A stretch of 64,000 nucleotides of DNA from Myxococcales bacterium (GTDB lineage Bacteria; Myxococcota_A; Polyangia; Polyangiales; Polyangiaceae), in the NCBI GenBank assembly GCA_043747615.1, contig JAYTOU010000066.1, positions 25,336-89,335 on the forward strand. Direction: 5' to 3'. The translations under genes were made by a program, and so were the position numbers. Positions 32,549 through 44,200 of the stretch are shown here, piece after piece. The notes below the pieces were generated by a model, which was not told where the DNA came from, searched no databases, and saw nothing but the letters and a program-made list of their open reading frames with translations. Positions within the stretch are counted from its first letter, which is position 1; every line of letters begins with the position of its first letter.

Positions 32549-33556
32549 ATGGCGGCAAACCTACTCGACCAACTGAAATCGATGACCGTGGTGGTCGCCG
32601 ACACGGGCGACATCAACTCGATTCAAAAATTTCGCCCGCGTGATGCGACGACGAATCCGTCGCTGATCGCCACTGCGGCGGCGATGCCGGAGTACGCGCC
32701 CATCGTCGACGGTGCGCTCGCGTGGGCCCGCAAAGAAGCGGGGGCGGCGGCAAAAACGCCGGCCATCGTCGGCAAAGCCATGGACCGTCTCTCCGTCGAA
32801 TTTGGTCTAAAAATCCTGGGGATCGTCCCCAAGCGCGTCTCTACCGAGGTGGACGCGCGGCTCTCTTTCGACACGCAGGCGACCGTGGAAAAAGCGCGCT
32901 CGCTCATCAAGCAGTACGAGGCGGCGCTACCGAACGCGCGCGATCGAGTTCTCATCAAGATCGCCTCCACGTGGGAAGGCATTCGCGCAGCGGAGGTCCT
33001 CGAGAAGGAGGGCATCCACTGCAACCTCACGCTCCTCTTCGGGATGCACCAGGCAGTGGCCTGCGCGGAAGCGGGTGCCACGCTGATTTCTCCGTTCGTG
33101 GGGCGCATTCTCGACTGGCACAAGAAGGCCACCGGCAAGACCGAGTACGCGCCGGCGGAAGATCCGGGGGTGGTCAGCGTGACTGCAATCTACAACTATT
33201 ACAAAAAGTACGGCTGGAAGACCGAGGTCATGGGGGCGAGCTTCCGCAACGTCGGTGAGATCACCGAGCTTGCTGGTTGCGACCTTCTCACCATCGCGCC
33301 GAATCTCTTGGCCGAGCTCGAGAAGTCGACGGCGGAGCTCCCGCGCAAGCTGGATCCGAAGAAGGCCGCGACGATGAACATCCCGAAGATCGCGATGGAC
33401 GAGGCCACTTTCCGCAAGATGCACGACGCCGATCAGATGGCGAAGGACAAGCTCGAGGAGGGCATCGCCGGCTTTAGCAAAGCTCTCGTCGCCCTTGAAA
33501 AACAGCTGGGCGAGAGGCTTGCCGCGCTTGCCGGCGAGGAAACCGTCGACGCTTGA
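32549..33556 (+). CDS. tal: Transaldolase
   Basis: [52 protein letters not shown]. Confidence 0.97.
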   Translation: MAANLLDQLKSMTVVVADTGDINSIQKFRPRDATTNPSLIATAAAMPEYAPIVDGALAWARKEAGAAAKTPAIVGKAMDRLSVEFGLKILGIVPKRVSTEVDARLSFDTQATVEKARSLIKQYEAALPNARDRVLIKIASTWEGIRAAEVLEKEGIHCNLTLLFGMHQAVACAEAGATLISPFVGRILDWHKKATGKTEYAPAEDPGVVSVTAIYNYYKKYGWKTEVMGASFRNVGEITELAGCDLLTIAPNLLAELEKSTAELPRKLDPKKAATMNIPKIAMDEATFRKMHDADQMAKDKLEEGIAGFSKALVALEKQLGERLAALAGEETVDA

Positions 33557-33593
33557 CGGGAATCGAGCGGCTCGTCTCTTCTCGATCAAAGGC

Positions 33594-33620
33594 TCGCCGC
33601 CCTGTCCGTGAGGGCGGCGA
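33594..33620. terminator. Hairpin between convergent tal and metK
   Basis: TCGCCGCCCT / AGGGCGGCGA 10-bp stem, 7-nt loop; no U-tract. Confidence 0.55.
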
Positions 33621-33629
33621 AGCGAGAGA

Positions 33630-34928
33630 CTACGCCGTCGCGCTGATCGACTTCGACTTCTTCTTCTTGCTCTTTTTCTTGTCGGCCTTCTTGGCGTCGC
33701 CGTTGCCATTGCCGTTCGCGTGCACGCGGTTGCCGTTCGAAGAGACCTCGATCAGCTTGCCCTTGATCTTACCGCCGAGGAGATCCGCTGCCATTTGCTC
33801 GGCGCGGTTCACCGCTTCCCAGGAGAAGCCGGTCCGACCGAAGTGCCCGTACGCCGCGGTGGCCTTGTAGATCGGCGCAAGGAGGCCGAGCTCATCGATG
33901 AGGTTTTTCGGGCGCATGTCGAAATGCTCGAGGATGTATTTCCCGAGCTTCTCATCGCTGACTTTCCCGGTGCCGAAGGTGTTCACGTAAACGCCAACGG
34001 GCTTCGCGACGCCGATGGCGTAAGCGACCTGCACTTCGCACCTTCGCGCGAGCTTGGCGGCGACCACGTTCTTCGCGACGTAGCGCGCGTAGTAGCAAGC
34101 CGAGCGATCGACCTTTGACGGGTCTTTCCCAGAGAACGCACCGCCGCCGTGACGACCCATGCCGCCGTAGGTGTCGACGATGATCTTGCGGCCGGTGAGC
34201 CCGCAATCTCCGAGGGGGCCGCCGATGACGAAGCGCCCAGTCGGATTCACGTGGAACTTGGTGTTCTTGTCGATCAGCTTCTTCGGGATCACCTTTTCGA
34301 TCACGAGCTCGATGATCGCTTCGCGAAGCGACTTCTGCTTCACGCTTTCGTTGTGCTGCGAGCTGACGACGATGGCGTCGATGCGCACCGGGGTGTTGTC
34401 CTCGTACTCGAGGGTGACCTGGGTTTTTCCGTCGGGGCGGAGGAAATTCACCTTGCCGAGCTTGCGCACCGTCGCGAGCTGGAGGGCAAGCTGGTGCGCG
34501 TAGTCGATCGGCGCGGGCATGAGGTTCGGAGTCTCGTCGCACGCGAATCCGAACATGAGACCCTGATCGCCGGCGCCTTGCTCTTTGTAAAGTCCTTCGC
34601 CCTCGCTCACGCCTTGAGAAATATCGGGGCTCTGTTTTTCGATCGCGCAGAGGACGGCGCACGTGTTGGCGTCGAAGCCCATCTCCGAGTTGGTGTAGCC
34701 AATCTCGCGGACGGTATCGCGTACGATGACGGGGATATCGACCCACGCCGTGGTGGTGATTTCACCGGCGACGACGACCATGCCGGTTTTCGCGAGCGAT
34801 TCGCAGGCCACGCGGGCCTTCGGGTCTTGGGCGAGGATACCGTCGAGAATTGCGTCGGAAATGGCGTCGCAAACCTTGTCCGGATGACCTTCGGTGACCG
34901 ACTCGGAGGTGAATTGATAGCGTGACAT
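33630..34928 (-). CDS. metK: S-adenosylmethionine synthetase
   Basis: [44 protein letters not shown]. Confidence 0.98.
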   Translation of the reverse strand: MSRYQFTSESVTEGHPDKVCDAISDAILDGILAQDPKARVACESLAKTGMVVVAGEITTTAWVDIPVIVRDTVREIGYTNSEMGFDANTCAVLCAIEKQSPDISQGVSEGEGLYKEQGAGDQGLMFGFACDETPNLMPAPIDYAHQLALQLATVRKLGKVNFLRPDGKTQVTLEYEDNTPVRIDAIVVSSQHNESVKQKSLREAIIELVIEKVIPKKLIDKNTKFHVNPTGRFVIGGPLGDCGLTGRKIIVDTYGGMGRHGGGAFSGKDPSKVDRSACYYARYVAKNVVAAKLARRCEVQVAYAIGVAKPVGVYVNTFGTGKVSDEKLGKYILEHFDMRPKNLIDELGLLAPIYKATAAYGHFGRTGFSWEAVNRAEQMAADLLGGKIKGKLIEVSSNGNRVHANGNGNGDAKKADKKKSKKKKSKSISATA

Positions 34929-35028
34929 CGTGCTCCTCGAAATTTTAGGATTGTACTGCGGTTAACGCACTTCAGGGGGGCGGGAGCATAGCGCGGGCGA
35001 AGGCCAGCCGCCGGTGAAAACGTCGGAC

Positions 35029-35880
35029 TTAGGGTTTGCTTGGCAGAGCGGCGGGAATCCGGACGCTCTCGCGCCGCGACTCGATCATGACCTCCGCGCC
35101 GGGATGCCCCGCGATCGCTAGCGTGGCCGGCGGCTCGAACGTGAGGGGAGAATCCGGGCCGCCCACCTGGCCGTAAAACCGCGCCGCGACCCGAGTCATG
35201 CGTGCGTCCCCGAGCTCTTCCCAGATCTTGCGCCAGGTGCACGCCTCACGGAGGGCGGTGACGAAGGTCTCGGCGTTCTTGAAGTTCATGGTGTGCCGCA
35301 CGACCGTGTGGCGGACCATCGTCAGCCCGGACTCGTCGAACATCTGACCCATCGAATCGCGCTCCGACAAGATGCGCGGGCTCGGTGGAACGTACTCGGG
35401 CTCGATGTGCTGGAGGCATCGCGAGATGCGCTCGAACGGATCGTCTTCTTCCGGAGGCCCCCAGGTGATGATCCCCACCTTGCCATTCGGAGCGAGGCAC
35501 TCTCGCCACGACGAAAGAACGGCCTTTCGATCGGGGAGCTGCCACAAACCGAACGCGCAGATGATCACGTCCCAAGGACCGCCGCTCGCATCGAGGGCGT
35601 CTGCATGTTCGCAGCGAACGTTGGTGAACCCGGCTTGTTGGACGGCCGCCTCACAGATCTTGACCATCTCGCCGCTCGCATCGATCGCCCGGACCGTGCC
35701 CGTTTCACCTGTGGCGCGGGCCACGGAGAGCACTTCCGTTCCCGGACCTGCGCACGCGACGAGCACACGCTGCCCCTGTTCGATCTTGAGCTCACGGACG
35801 AGGTCGAGCTGGTAGGGCACGAAGCGGGGCACCCATTCGTCGACGTACCCTTTTGCAGCTCGGTCCCACGGGGTCGCCAT
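35029..35880 (-). CDS. Class I SAM-dependent methyltransferase
   Basis: VLVACAGPG motif-I variant, IDASGEM, WDVIIC, LAPNGK. Confidence 0.85.
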   Translation of the reverse strand: MATPWDRAAKGYVDEWVPRFVPYQLDLVRELKIEQGQRVLVACAGPGTEVLSVARATGETGTVRAIDASGEMVKICEAAVQQAGFTNVRCEHADALDASGGPWDVIICAFGLWQLPDRKAVLSSWRECLAPNGKVGIITWGPPEEDDPFERISRCLQHIEPEYVPPSPRILSERDSMGQMFDESGLTMVRHTVVRHTMNFKNAETFVTALREACTWRKIWEELGDARMTRVAARFYGQVGGPDSPLTFEPPATLAIAGHPGAEVMIESRRESVRIPAALPSKP

Positions 35881-35963
35881 ACCTAGAGCATATTCGGTCA
35901 GCGTCCCGCGCGCAGCTCTAAAGACTCCTCATTCCGCTGCAGCCGGACTACCCTCCTTGCGTC

Positions 35964-37085
35964 ATGAGCACCCCCGACGCCCCGACCCGCCGCACCTCTC
36001 TTTATGACGAGCACGTGAAGCTCGGAGCCCGGCTGATCCCGTTCGCAGGGTGGGAAATGCCTGTACAGTACACGGGTATCGTCGACGAGCACCAAGCGGT
36101 GCGCAATGCCTGCGGCCTTTTCGACGTCTCTCATATGGGGGAGCTCGAGATGCGCGGCGAATACGCCGGCGCGGTAGTGAACTACCTCGTCACCAACGAC
36201 ACCTCGAAGCTCCAGGACGGCCAGGCGCTCTACACCTGCGCGTGCAACGCCAAGGGAACCATTCTCGACGACCTCATCGTCTACCGAGCATCGAGCGATC
36301 GCTACCTCATCGTGTGCAACTCCTCCAATCGCGAGAAGATGGCGGAGGTCTTCCGCCGAGCGGCCGAGAACCACTGTGAGTTCGACGACCGGAGTGACGC
36401 AACGGCGCTCATCGCTCTGCAGGGACCGAAAGCGTTCGACGTGCTGAGGGCAGCGGGCGGAGAGGCGGCCAAGCTCGTGGAGCTGAAACCCTTCCATTTC
36501 AGGGAAGCGGTGGTCGCCAACGTTCGCTGCACCGTGGCCCGCACTGGCTACACCGGCGAAGACGGCGTCGAAATCTTTTGCTCGTGGAGCGACGCGCCCG
36601 CCCTGTGGCGTCAGCTGATGGAGCTCGGAAAATCGGTGGGGATCAAGCCGATTGGACTCGGCGCACGCGACACGCTCCGGCTGGAGGCACGCCTCTCCCT
36701 TTACGGAAACGACATCGACGAGACCACCAATCCGCTCGAGGCGGGTCTCAGCTGGGTCGTCAAAATGGCGAAGGGCGATTTCGTAGGCCGCGAGGCTCTC
36801 GAGGCGCTCCCCCAGCCTCTTGGGCGCAAGCTCGTCGGCTTCGAGATGACCGGACGCGGCATCGCGCGCCACGGTTACCCGCTGCAAAACATGGAGGGGA
36901 AAGAAGTCGGCGTCTGCACGAGCGGCAGCCCCGGCCCTACAGTTGGCAAGAACATTGGCCTGGGCTATCTGCCCCTGTCGATGTGCGAACCGGGCACCAA
37001 ATTTCACGTCGATTGTCGGGGGAAAAGCATCGAAGCCGTGGTGACCAAGACACCATTTTACAAAAGGACGAAGGCCGCATCATGA
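35964..37085 (+). CDS. gcvT: Glycine cleavage system T protein
   Basis: [38 protein letters not shown]. Confidence 0.97.
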   Translation: MSTPDAPTRRTSLYDEHVKLGARLIPFAGWEMPVQYTGIVDEHQAVRNACGLFDVSHMGELEMRGEYAGAVVNYLVTNDTSKLQDGQALYTCACNAKGTILDDLIVYRASSDRYLIVCNSSNREKMAEVFRRAAENHCEFDDRSDATALIALQGPKAFDVLRAAGGEAAKLVELKPFHFREAVVANVRCTVARTGYTGEDGVEIFCSWSDAPALWRQLMELGKSVGIKPIGLGARDTLRLEARLSLYGNDIDETTNPLEAGLSWVVKMAKGDFVGREALEALPQPLGRKLVGFEMTGRGIARHGYPLQNMEGKEVGVCTSGSPGPTVGKNIGLGYLPLSMCEPGTKFHVDCRGKSIEAVVTKTPFYKRTKAAS

Positions 37086-37477
37086 GTGACGAGATCCCCG
37101 CGAACCTGAAGTACACGACCGATCACGAGTGGGCCGACGTGGCCGGCAGCGACCTGAACGTGGGGATCACCAAGTTTGCCGTGGAGCAGCTCGGCGACGT
37201 CACGCTCGTCACCGTCGACGTCAAGGTGGGAGACGAAGTCACCGCCGGGAAATCCTTCGGCACGATCGAGAGCGTGAAGACGCTAAGCGAACTGCTTGCG
37301 CCCGTGAGCGGCAAGATCACCAAGATCAACGTCGCGCTCGAGAAGAACCCGGAGCTCGTGAACGACGACTGCTACGCGGCGTGGATGGTGACGATCACTC
37401 CGAAAGACCCGGCGGGAGTCAGCAAATTGCTCGACGCTGAGGCTTACGCGGAGCACGTCAAGACTTCCGCGCACTGA
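37082..37477 (+). CDS. gcvH: Glycine cleavage system H protein
   Basis: YTTDHEW, QLGDV, lipoyl-Lys motif ESVKT; ATGA overlap with gcvT. Confidence 0.96.
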   Translation: MSDEIPANLKYTTDHEWADVAGSDLNVGITKFAVEQLGDVTLVTVDVKVGDEVTAGKSFGTIESVKTLSELLAPVSGKITKINVALEKNPELVNDDCYAAWMVTITPKDPAGVSKLLDAEAYAEHVKTSAH

Positions 37478-37580
37478 GCGAAGCCGCGTGATGCAACATG
37501 TCTTCTTGACGGGTTGCCCGTGGAGAGCGGCGAGGTGCGGGTGGACGCCGCAACGCAAATCGGCGCCAAATCGAGCACGT

Positions 37581-38489
37581 CTAGCTCGAAACAATTTCTT
37601 CCGGAGGCGCGGAAACGATCCGGGCCGTGCCGCCGAGAATGAGGGTGCCGCCCACCATCGCCGCGAGCGAGAGGCCTTGCTTCATCAGCACCGCCGCCAC
37701 GATCACCGCGACGAACGGCTCGAGGAGGGCAAGGGTGGCGGCATGGCTCGCGCGTATCCGGCGAACTCCCCAAACGAAAAGGAGTCCTCCAAGCGCGCCC
37801 GGCCCGAGCGCTCCGAGGACGAGAAACCCAAGAGCGCGGGGATCGACTGAGGCCCATGCTCCGGCGGGGACCATCACGAGGAGGATGGGTGTCGCCACCA
37901 GGCCATGGAAAAACATCATCTCGCTCCCCGAAAATTCGCCGACCAAGCGCTTGTTGATGAGCACGTTCGAGGCATAAAACACGGCGCTTCCCGCTCCGAA
38001 CAGCGCGCCCATCGCATCCCCTGCACGGTGTGTTGCGCCCCATGGCTCGAGAAGCAGAGCGAGCCCCACGAGGGAGATGAGCACCGCGCTCGTCGTTCGA
38101 GCATCGCGCCGCTCGCGAAGAACCAGCGGCGCTGCGAGGGCCACCAGAATGGGCGCGAGATAGTGAGTGAGCACGGCGACCGCGACGCTCGCGAGCTGGA
38201 GCGCGCGAAAGTACAGGACGATGTTCATCGCGTCGGCGATGCCAAGCCAGGCGACCCCTGCCCAACCTCGAACGGTCGGTCGAACGCGGACGCGATCCCG
38301 CAGGGCGAGAGGCCCCGAGACCAAGGTGAGCACGAGCAAGACCAGCGCAGACTCGAGCGCGGAAGAGATTTTTCCGTACGATTCGGCGTACTGGAGGATC
38401 AGCGGCCACAGGCCCCACATGCAAGCGGCCGAGGCAACGAGCACGTATCCGACCTTCGCGCGCTGGGGGTGCTCGCGATTGGTCGTCAC
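37581..38489 (-). CDS. DMT/EamA family transporter
   Basis: About 10 TM helices in two repeats, WG, LEP motifs. Confidence 0.9.
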   Translation of the reverse strand: MTTNREHPQRAKVGYVLVASAACMWGLWPLILQYAESYGKISSALESALVLLVLTLVSGPLALRDRVRVRPTVRGWAGVAWLGIADAMNIVLYFRALQLASVAVAVLTHYLAPILVALAAPLVLRERRDARTTSAVLISLVGLALLLEPWGATHRAGDAMGALFGAGSAVFYASNVLINKRLVGEFSGSEMMFFHGLVATPILLVMVPAGAWASVDPRALGFLVLGALGPGALGGLLFVWGVRRIRASHAATLALLEPFVAVIVAAVLMKQGLSLAAMVGGTLILGGTARIVSAPPEEIVSS

Positions 38490-41164
38490 GTGACGACAGC
38501 GAGTTTCTTCAAGCTGGCGACGAGCGTGAGCGCCTCGATTGGTGTGAGGCGATCCACGTCCACCGCGCGCAGGAGCTCAAGGGCGGCATGCTTCGAGGCG
38601 TCCTCGGGCGCTTGTCTTCCAGCACCGAAGAGATCGAGCTGAGCGCGGCCGCTCTGCTTTCGTCCGCGAAGGCTGGCGTGCTCCCCTCCTGGCAGCGCCG
38701 CGCCGCGCTCGAGATCCGCGAGGATGGCGCGAGCTCGCGCGAGCACGAGCTCCGGAAGGCCGGCGAGCCGGGCGCAAGCGACGCCGTAGCTTCGGGAAGC
38801 CGCGCCGCGCTGAAGCTTGTGCAAGAAGACGATGTCTCCTTCGTACTCACGCGCCGAGACGCTCCAATTCTCGCAACCGGGCCGGGTGAGGGAGAGCTCG
38901 GTGAGCTCGTGGTAGTGCGTCGCGAACATAGCTCGGCAACCGATCGCGTCGTGCAGGTGCTCGGCCACGGACCAGGCGATGGCCAGCCCGTCGTACGTGC
39001 TCGTTCCGCGCCCGATTTCGTCGAGCACGACGAGGGAGTGACGTGTCGCGCGGCGCAGGACGTTGGCCGTCTCTTTCATCTCCACCATGAACGTGCTCTC
39101 ACCCTTGGCGACGTTGTCGCTCGCGCCGACCCGGGTGAGGACGCGATCGGCCACACCGATGCGCGCCCGGCGCGCAGGCACGAAAGAGCCCATTTGAGCG
39201 AGGATCACGATCAGCGCGACCTGGCGCATGAGCGTGGATTTTCCGGCCATGTTCGGGCCGGTGACGAGCCACAAACGCGACGCACGAGCGCCGTCACGCT
39301 CGTCTGCGCTGGCATCGAGCGTCACGTCGTTCGCAACGAAGCGACCGGCCGCGGCGAGTTTCTCGACCACGGGGTGACGCCCCTCTTCGATCTCGAGACA
39401 CGTCGAGGCGTCGACCTCGGGCCGTACGAAATCATCGCGATGGGCAACCTCGGCAAGCGCGCTGGCGACGTCCCACTCGGCAAGACGAACGGCGACGTTC
39501 CGGAAGCGCTCCACGTACCGCGCGAGGTCTCGCGTGAGCTTCGTGAAGAGCTCCGCCTCGCGGGTGGACGAGCGGTCTTCGGCGTGAGCGAGCTTGTCGG
39601 CGAGCGCGTCGAGGTCGTCGCACGTGAATCGTTCGCCGTTGGCGATGGTCTGTTTGCGTCTCCAGGCTTTTGGCGCTTTGCCGACGTGGGCCTTAGTGAC
39701 CTCCATGTACCAGCCGAAGACGCGCGTGTAGCGCAGCTTGAGGCTAGGGATCTGCGCCTCCTCGCGAAGCCGTGCTTCGAGCTCGACGATGAACCGCTGC
39801 CCGTCTTTGGTGAGCAGGCGCGCTTCGTCGAGCGACGGGTCGAAGCCATCGGCGATGACGCCTCCTTCGCTCGCACGCACTGGCACTTCGATCGCGAGCG
39901 CCCGCAGTAGAAGCGCGTGCGCCTCGGCACATGGGTCGATCCATGGGGATTTTGGCCCGATTTCGCCGAGTGACTCGCGCGCGCTCTTGTCGGGGCAGGC
40001 CTCGAGGGCGGTGACGATGGACGGGAGCTCGGCGAGTGAGGCACGCAGCGCGGACAGATCGCGGGGGCCGGCGCGCTCTACGGCGAGCTTCATCGCCAGC
40101 CGCTCGAGATCCGAAACCGAAGCGAGACGATTGCGGATCTCGCCCCTCAGCCCGGGCTGAGTGACGAAGAGCTCCACGGCGTCCAGCCTTCGCCTTATCG
40201 CAGCCACGTTGGTGAGCGGGGCGAGCAGTCGCCTCCGGAGGAGACGCGCTCCGGGCGCAGTCTTCGTCGCGTCGATCTGGGTGAGAAGTGCGCCGCGGGC
40301 GTCGCCGTCGATGGTCCGCACGAGCTCCAGGTGAGTCTGCGTCGAGTCATCGAGAATGAGCGTCTCGCCGATCTCGTACCAGGCAAGCCGCGCAATCGGC
40401 ACGGCACGTCCCGGCTCGCAATCGCGCGCCATCGTCACGCACCGCGCCGCTGCTCTCCGAGCGATACCTGAGGTGCACGAGCGCACCGCTTCGTTGGCTC
40501 CGAGCACGGCGTCGAGCGCTTCGGTGGCGTCGTCGTCACTCATCGCACTGAGCCCGCCGGCGCGAATCACTATCCGAGGACGCGCGCCGCGAACCGCTTC
40601 CACGATCTCTTCCGATCCAGGGCCGGCAAGAAGCTCGCGAGGATCGAGGCGCACGATTTCACCGAGCGCCGTCATCAAGTCCGGGGCCTCACACGCGGAG
40701 AGCTCGGCTGTCGAGAGGTCGAGCGCCGCCACGCCGTACGCGAGAGGGCTTTTCTCGATCGCGACCAGGTAATGATTCTGACGCGCATCGAGTCCCGCGT
40801 CGTCGTATGCGATGGCCGGCGTCACTACCCGAACGACGGCGCGCGGGACCAGGCCCTTCACCGTTGACGGATCCGCCATCTGCTCGCAAATGGCTACTTT
40901 GAAGCCTTGATCGAGGAGACGCTGGATGTACGAGCTTGCCGCGTGATGGGGAACGCCCGCCATCGGAATCTCGTCTTCGGAGCCGCGGTTGCGTGCCGTG
41001 AGGGTGAGATCGAGGGCACGCGCGACGACTACCGCGTCTTCGTAGAAGAGCTCGTAGAAGTCGCCCATACGAAAAAAGAGAAGGGCATCTTTGTGCCCCT
41101 CCTTCGCCGTGAACCACTGCCGCATGACCGGCGTCGCCGTGGATTTGTCGGGTGCCTTCGACAT
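38486..41164 (-). CDS. mutS: DNA mismatch repair protein MutS
   Basis: TPVMRQ, FRMGDFYELF, GPNMAGKST, STFMVEM, DEIGRGTST, beta-clamp motif QLDLF. Confidence 0.98.
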   Translation of the reverse strand: MSKAPDKSTATPVMRQWFTAKEGHKDALLFFRMGDFYELFYEDAVVVARALDLTLTARNRGSEDEIPMAGVPHHAASSYIQRLLDQGFKVAICEQMADPSTVKGLVPRAVVRVVTPAIAYDDAGLDARQNHYLVAIEKSPLAYGVAALDLSTAELSACEAPDLMTALGEIVRLDPRELLAGPGSEEIVEAVRGARPRIVIRAGGLSAMSDDDATEALDAVLGANEAVRSCTSGIARRAAARCVTMARDCEPGRAVPIARLAWYEIGETLILDDSTQTHLELVRTIDGDARGALLTQIDATKTAPGARLLRRRLLAPLTNVAAIRRRLDAVELFVTQPGLRGEIRNRLASVSDLERLAMKLAVERAGPRDLSALRASLAELPSIVTALEACPDKSARESLGEIGPKSPWIDPCAEAHALLLRALAIEVPVRASEGGVIADGFDPSLDEARLLTKDGQRFIVELEARLREEAQIPSLKLRYTRVFGWYMEVTKAHVGKAPKAWRRKQTIANGERFTCDDLDALADKLAHAEDRSSTREAELFTKLTRDLARYVERFRNVAVRLAEWDVASALAEVAHRDDFVRPEVDASTCLEIEEGRHPVVEKLAAAGRFVANDVTLDASADERDGARASRLWLVTGPNMAGKSTLMRQVALIVILAQMGSFVPARRARIGVADRVLTRVGASDNVAKGESTFMVEMKETANVLRRATRHSLVVLDEIGRGTSTYDGLAIAWSVAEHLHDAIGCRAMFATHYHELTELSLTRPGCENWSVSAREYEGDIVFLHKLQRGAASRSYGVACARLAGLPELVLARARAILADLERGAALPGGEHASLRGRKQSGRAQLDLFGAGRQAPEDASKHAALELLRAVDVDRLTPIEALTLVASLKKLAVVT

Positions 41165-41223
41165 CGCCCTTCTACTAGAGCAACGCCCGCGCGCGGTCTA
41201 GCCGCCCATCGAAGGCGGGTTCG

Positions 41224-44200
41224 TCAGAAGTAAGGGGCGTGAGCGGCGGCGACGGTGTTGAGATCGATGAGGATCAGACCTTGGGAGGATCCGTCGACCA
41301 CCGCGAGCTGCTGCAGCGAATCGATGAAGAGCATGGACTGTGGGCTGAGCGCCGTCGTCGTTGCCGCGAGGTTGATCGTGAGGGGAGCGAACTGGCCGCG
41401 CACCGTGAACTTCCAGATCAGATCGCGCGTCGGAGTGGCGTCTACCAGCTGGCCCGCCTCGCCCACCGTGGAACCGTTCCACATCAGGAACGCGAACATC
41501 GGGTTGCGCATGGCGAGCGGGCTATTGCGATCCGGCGGAATGAGCTTCGTGAGATCGCCCACCGTCCGCGGCAGCGCCGGCGCACGCGAATTGAGAAGGG
41601 ACTCGCGCGAGGAGCAGGACTGAACGCAGGCCCCCGACGCACTCGTCGTGACGTGATGAAGGTGCCCCACCGAAGAGCCCGTGGTCAACCACTGCCCGCC
41701 TGTGCGCACGTGGAAGGAAACCTGGTGGTGGAAACAGCAGCGGAGAACCTTGAGGAACGCGGCGTTCCCCGGATCCCGGCTGACGACCTCGCGTTCGCTG
41801 ACCGCGGTGCTGTTGTTCGGTTGCCCGAAGCGACCCACGACGAGGTGATCGTCTGAGGCCTCGAGGATGGGGAAATCACGCGACGCGGTGAGCGTGGTCT
41901 GGTCGTCGGCCGGCCCGAAGCTCGCGAGGCAGGTGTCGTGTCGGGCCTGCGCCGTGCCCTGCTGTTGCGGATCCCAGCAGTCGTTGCCTTCCTCGGCCCA
42001 GTAAGGATCGTCCGGCGGGAGGAGATTATCTGCAATCTGCACGAAATCGGAGAGGCGATGGTCGAGCCGCTTGGGCGCGACGAGCCCTGCTGCCTGGAAC
42101 GCCGCAATTTCTCGGTTTGCACGCTCGGTTCCGAGGCGGAAATCTTCTACGCCGCGGCGACAGAGGAGGCCGTTCGGCACGGTGAGGTTGAGCGACTGGT
42201 AGTTGTCGATCGTCCCCATTTGCGCGACCAACGTGGTCGTGGCGTTCCCCTCAAACCCAGGCAGGCGCCCTTCGTAGGTCACGTTCCAATCTTGATCGAT
42301 GTGCACCTGCGGGTCTTCGAATCCGAAGCGCACGCTCGGAGACGCCGTAGGCACCGGGCGCGACAGCTGCGGGTCTTGAGCGCCGAGCTTCTGAGACACG
42401 GTCGGGTCGATGAACACCAGCTCGCGCAACGTCGGATCCGGAATCGTCGGATCTTTGATGTAGCTTGGATCTGCGAGCGTGGTCGTCGTCGGGAGCATGA
42501 TCGGATTGCGGAGCCCCGCCTCGCCTGCCGTGGGCAACGGTGCATTGCTCGCAAAGAGCTGAGGCAGCCCGACCAAATTCGGAATGTGCACGCCTTGCAG
42601 CGGATCGCGGCGAAGAAGATTGGCGGAGCGGGGACGATTCGGCGCGCTGACGGGAAAGAATGCCTCGAGGGAGACCGGCGTAGTCACTCCACCTGCGTTG
42701 CGCTGAAACGCGGCGGGCACATGGTACGGATCGAAATCCGTCGAGGACGAAGGGGTGGGCTCCGCCGGGGCGACCGCGCTGATGGGTGCGTCCATCGGAT
42801 CGGGGCGGCGGCACGGCGCATCCCAGTCGTCGATGTCGATGGTCACGATCTGTCCGCTGCTCAGAGTGACGAGCGCGAAGATTCCGCGAAGGCGAAGGGG
42901 GCCAAGCAAGGCCTCCTGATTCGCCACGTTTGCTCTATAAAACGCGCCTGGATCGGTGAACGGCCCCTGGTCGACGCCCACGTTGGGATTGGGGTTGCAC
43001 TGAAGGCCGGTGAGCGCCGACGTGAGCGAGACCGTCTGCTCTTTCAGCAGAGGAAAGTCGTGTCGTACGAAAGAGAGTGCGGCCACCGGCGCGTTGAAGA
43101 CGATCCGGTCCGGCGGCTGAAACGGATTGAGCTCCGGATGTGGCCGCAAGAGCGGGACGCGAGGTGAATTTGCGCCGTCCGTAATGTCGTAGACGATGAT
43201 GCTCCCCTCTTTTTTATCGAGGGCATAGAGGTAGCGCCGGTAGTCGCGCGTGGCTGGGCTGACGGCGACCTGACTGACGGATATTTTTCGCGCCGGATCG
43301 ATGACGCTGGTCGCGAGGAGAGGCGGAAGCTCACGAGGCACGCCCGACGACAAATCGATGACGTGGATGAGCGGCACTCCGTCGTCCGCGACGTAAAGCA
43401 TCTGTCCATCGCGTGCTGCGGAGGTGGCATGCGGCGCCTTGTGCGGCACGTGAGGAAAGGTGGATCCAGCGTCCGCGGCTGCAGGACCATCGGAGCCTGC
43501 ATCTCCCGGGGCGGTCGTGGCGCAACTCGCAGCGGCGGGCGGGGCGGCGTCGGCGGCGAGAGCCACTCCGCCATCGACGTATTTGACGCCATCGTCCCAC
43601 GCGGGCCCTCCGGCGAATTCGGGGGGCAAATCTCCCGTGATTTCGATGGCGCCGGTAATCGGACACGCGACGAGTGATCCCGGTGCGACCGTCGTTCCGA
43701 ACGATCGGTCGAGGTTGGCTCCGCGAAGGAACGGGGTCGGATCGATCGTCACTACTTTGGCCGACCGCACGCCGTCGCCGGGAAGAACGACGGCCAGGGT
43801 GTACCCCGGTGCGCTCGCTCCGCCACCCGCGTCGGCGCCCGCATCGGCACCGCCGGTGGCCGCCGGCGACGGCAACATCGGAATGACGGCGATCGGTCCG
43901 GGCGACTGAGGCAGCGCGCAGACCGGCCACGAGGTGAGCTTCGGCACTGGACGCGTCTGATCGGAGGGAAGGCCCTGCGAGTCACCGAGGATGTCGCGAT
44001 TGGCGAGTGCGTAGATGGCCGGCTTGTTCGTCTCCGCAGTGGCGACGAACGTGAGCGCTCCGTCCGGAGTGACGGCGACGTCGGTGGGCAGCGCGCCCAC
44101 GGGCAAGAAATTGATTCCTGGAGTTGCGTGATCGGTATCGATCACTGCTCCGCTTGTGAGATCCACGACGGCGATTTCGCCGCGGGTGGTCTGGGTGACT

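Noticed and set aside
34929..35028. SAM-II/SAM-V riboswitch upstream of metK (TTAACCGCAGTACAA...CTAAAA)
   Set aside because: Only fragmentary similarity; no P1 stem or room for the pseudoknot. Just a short near-palindrome around GTTAAC.
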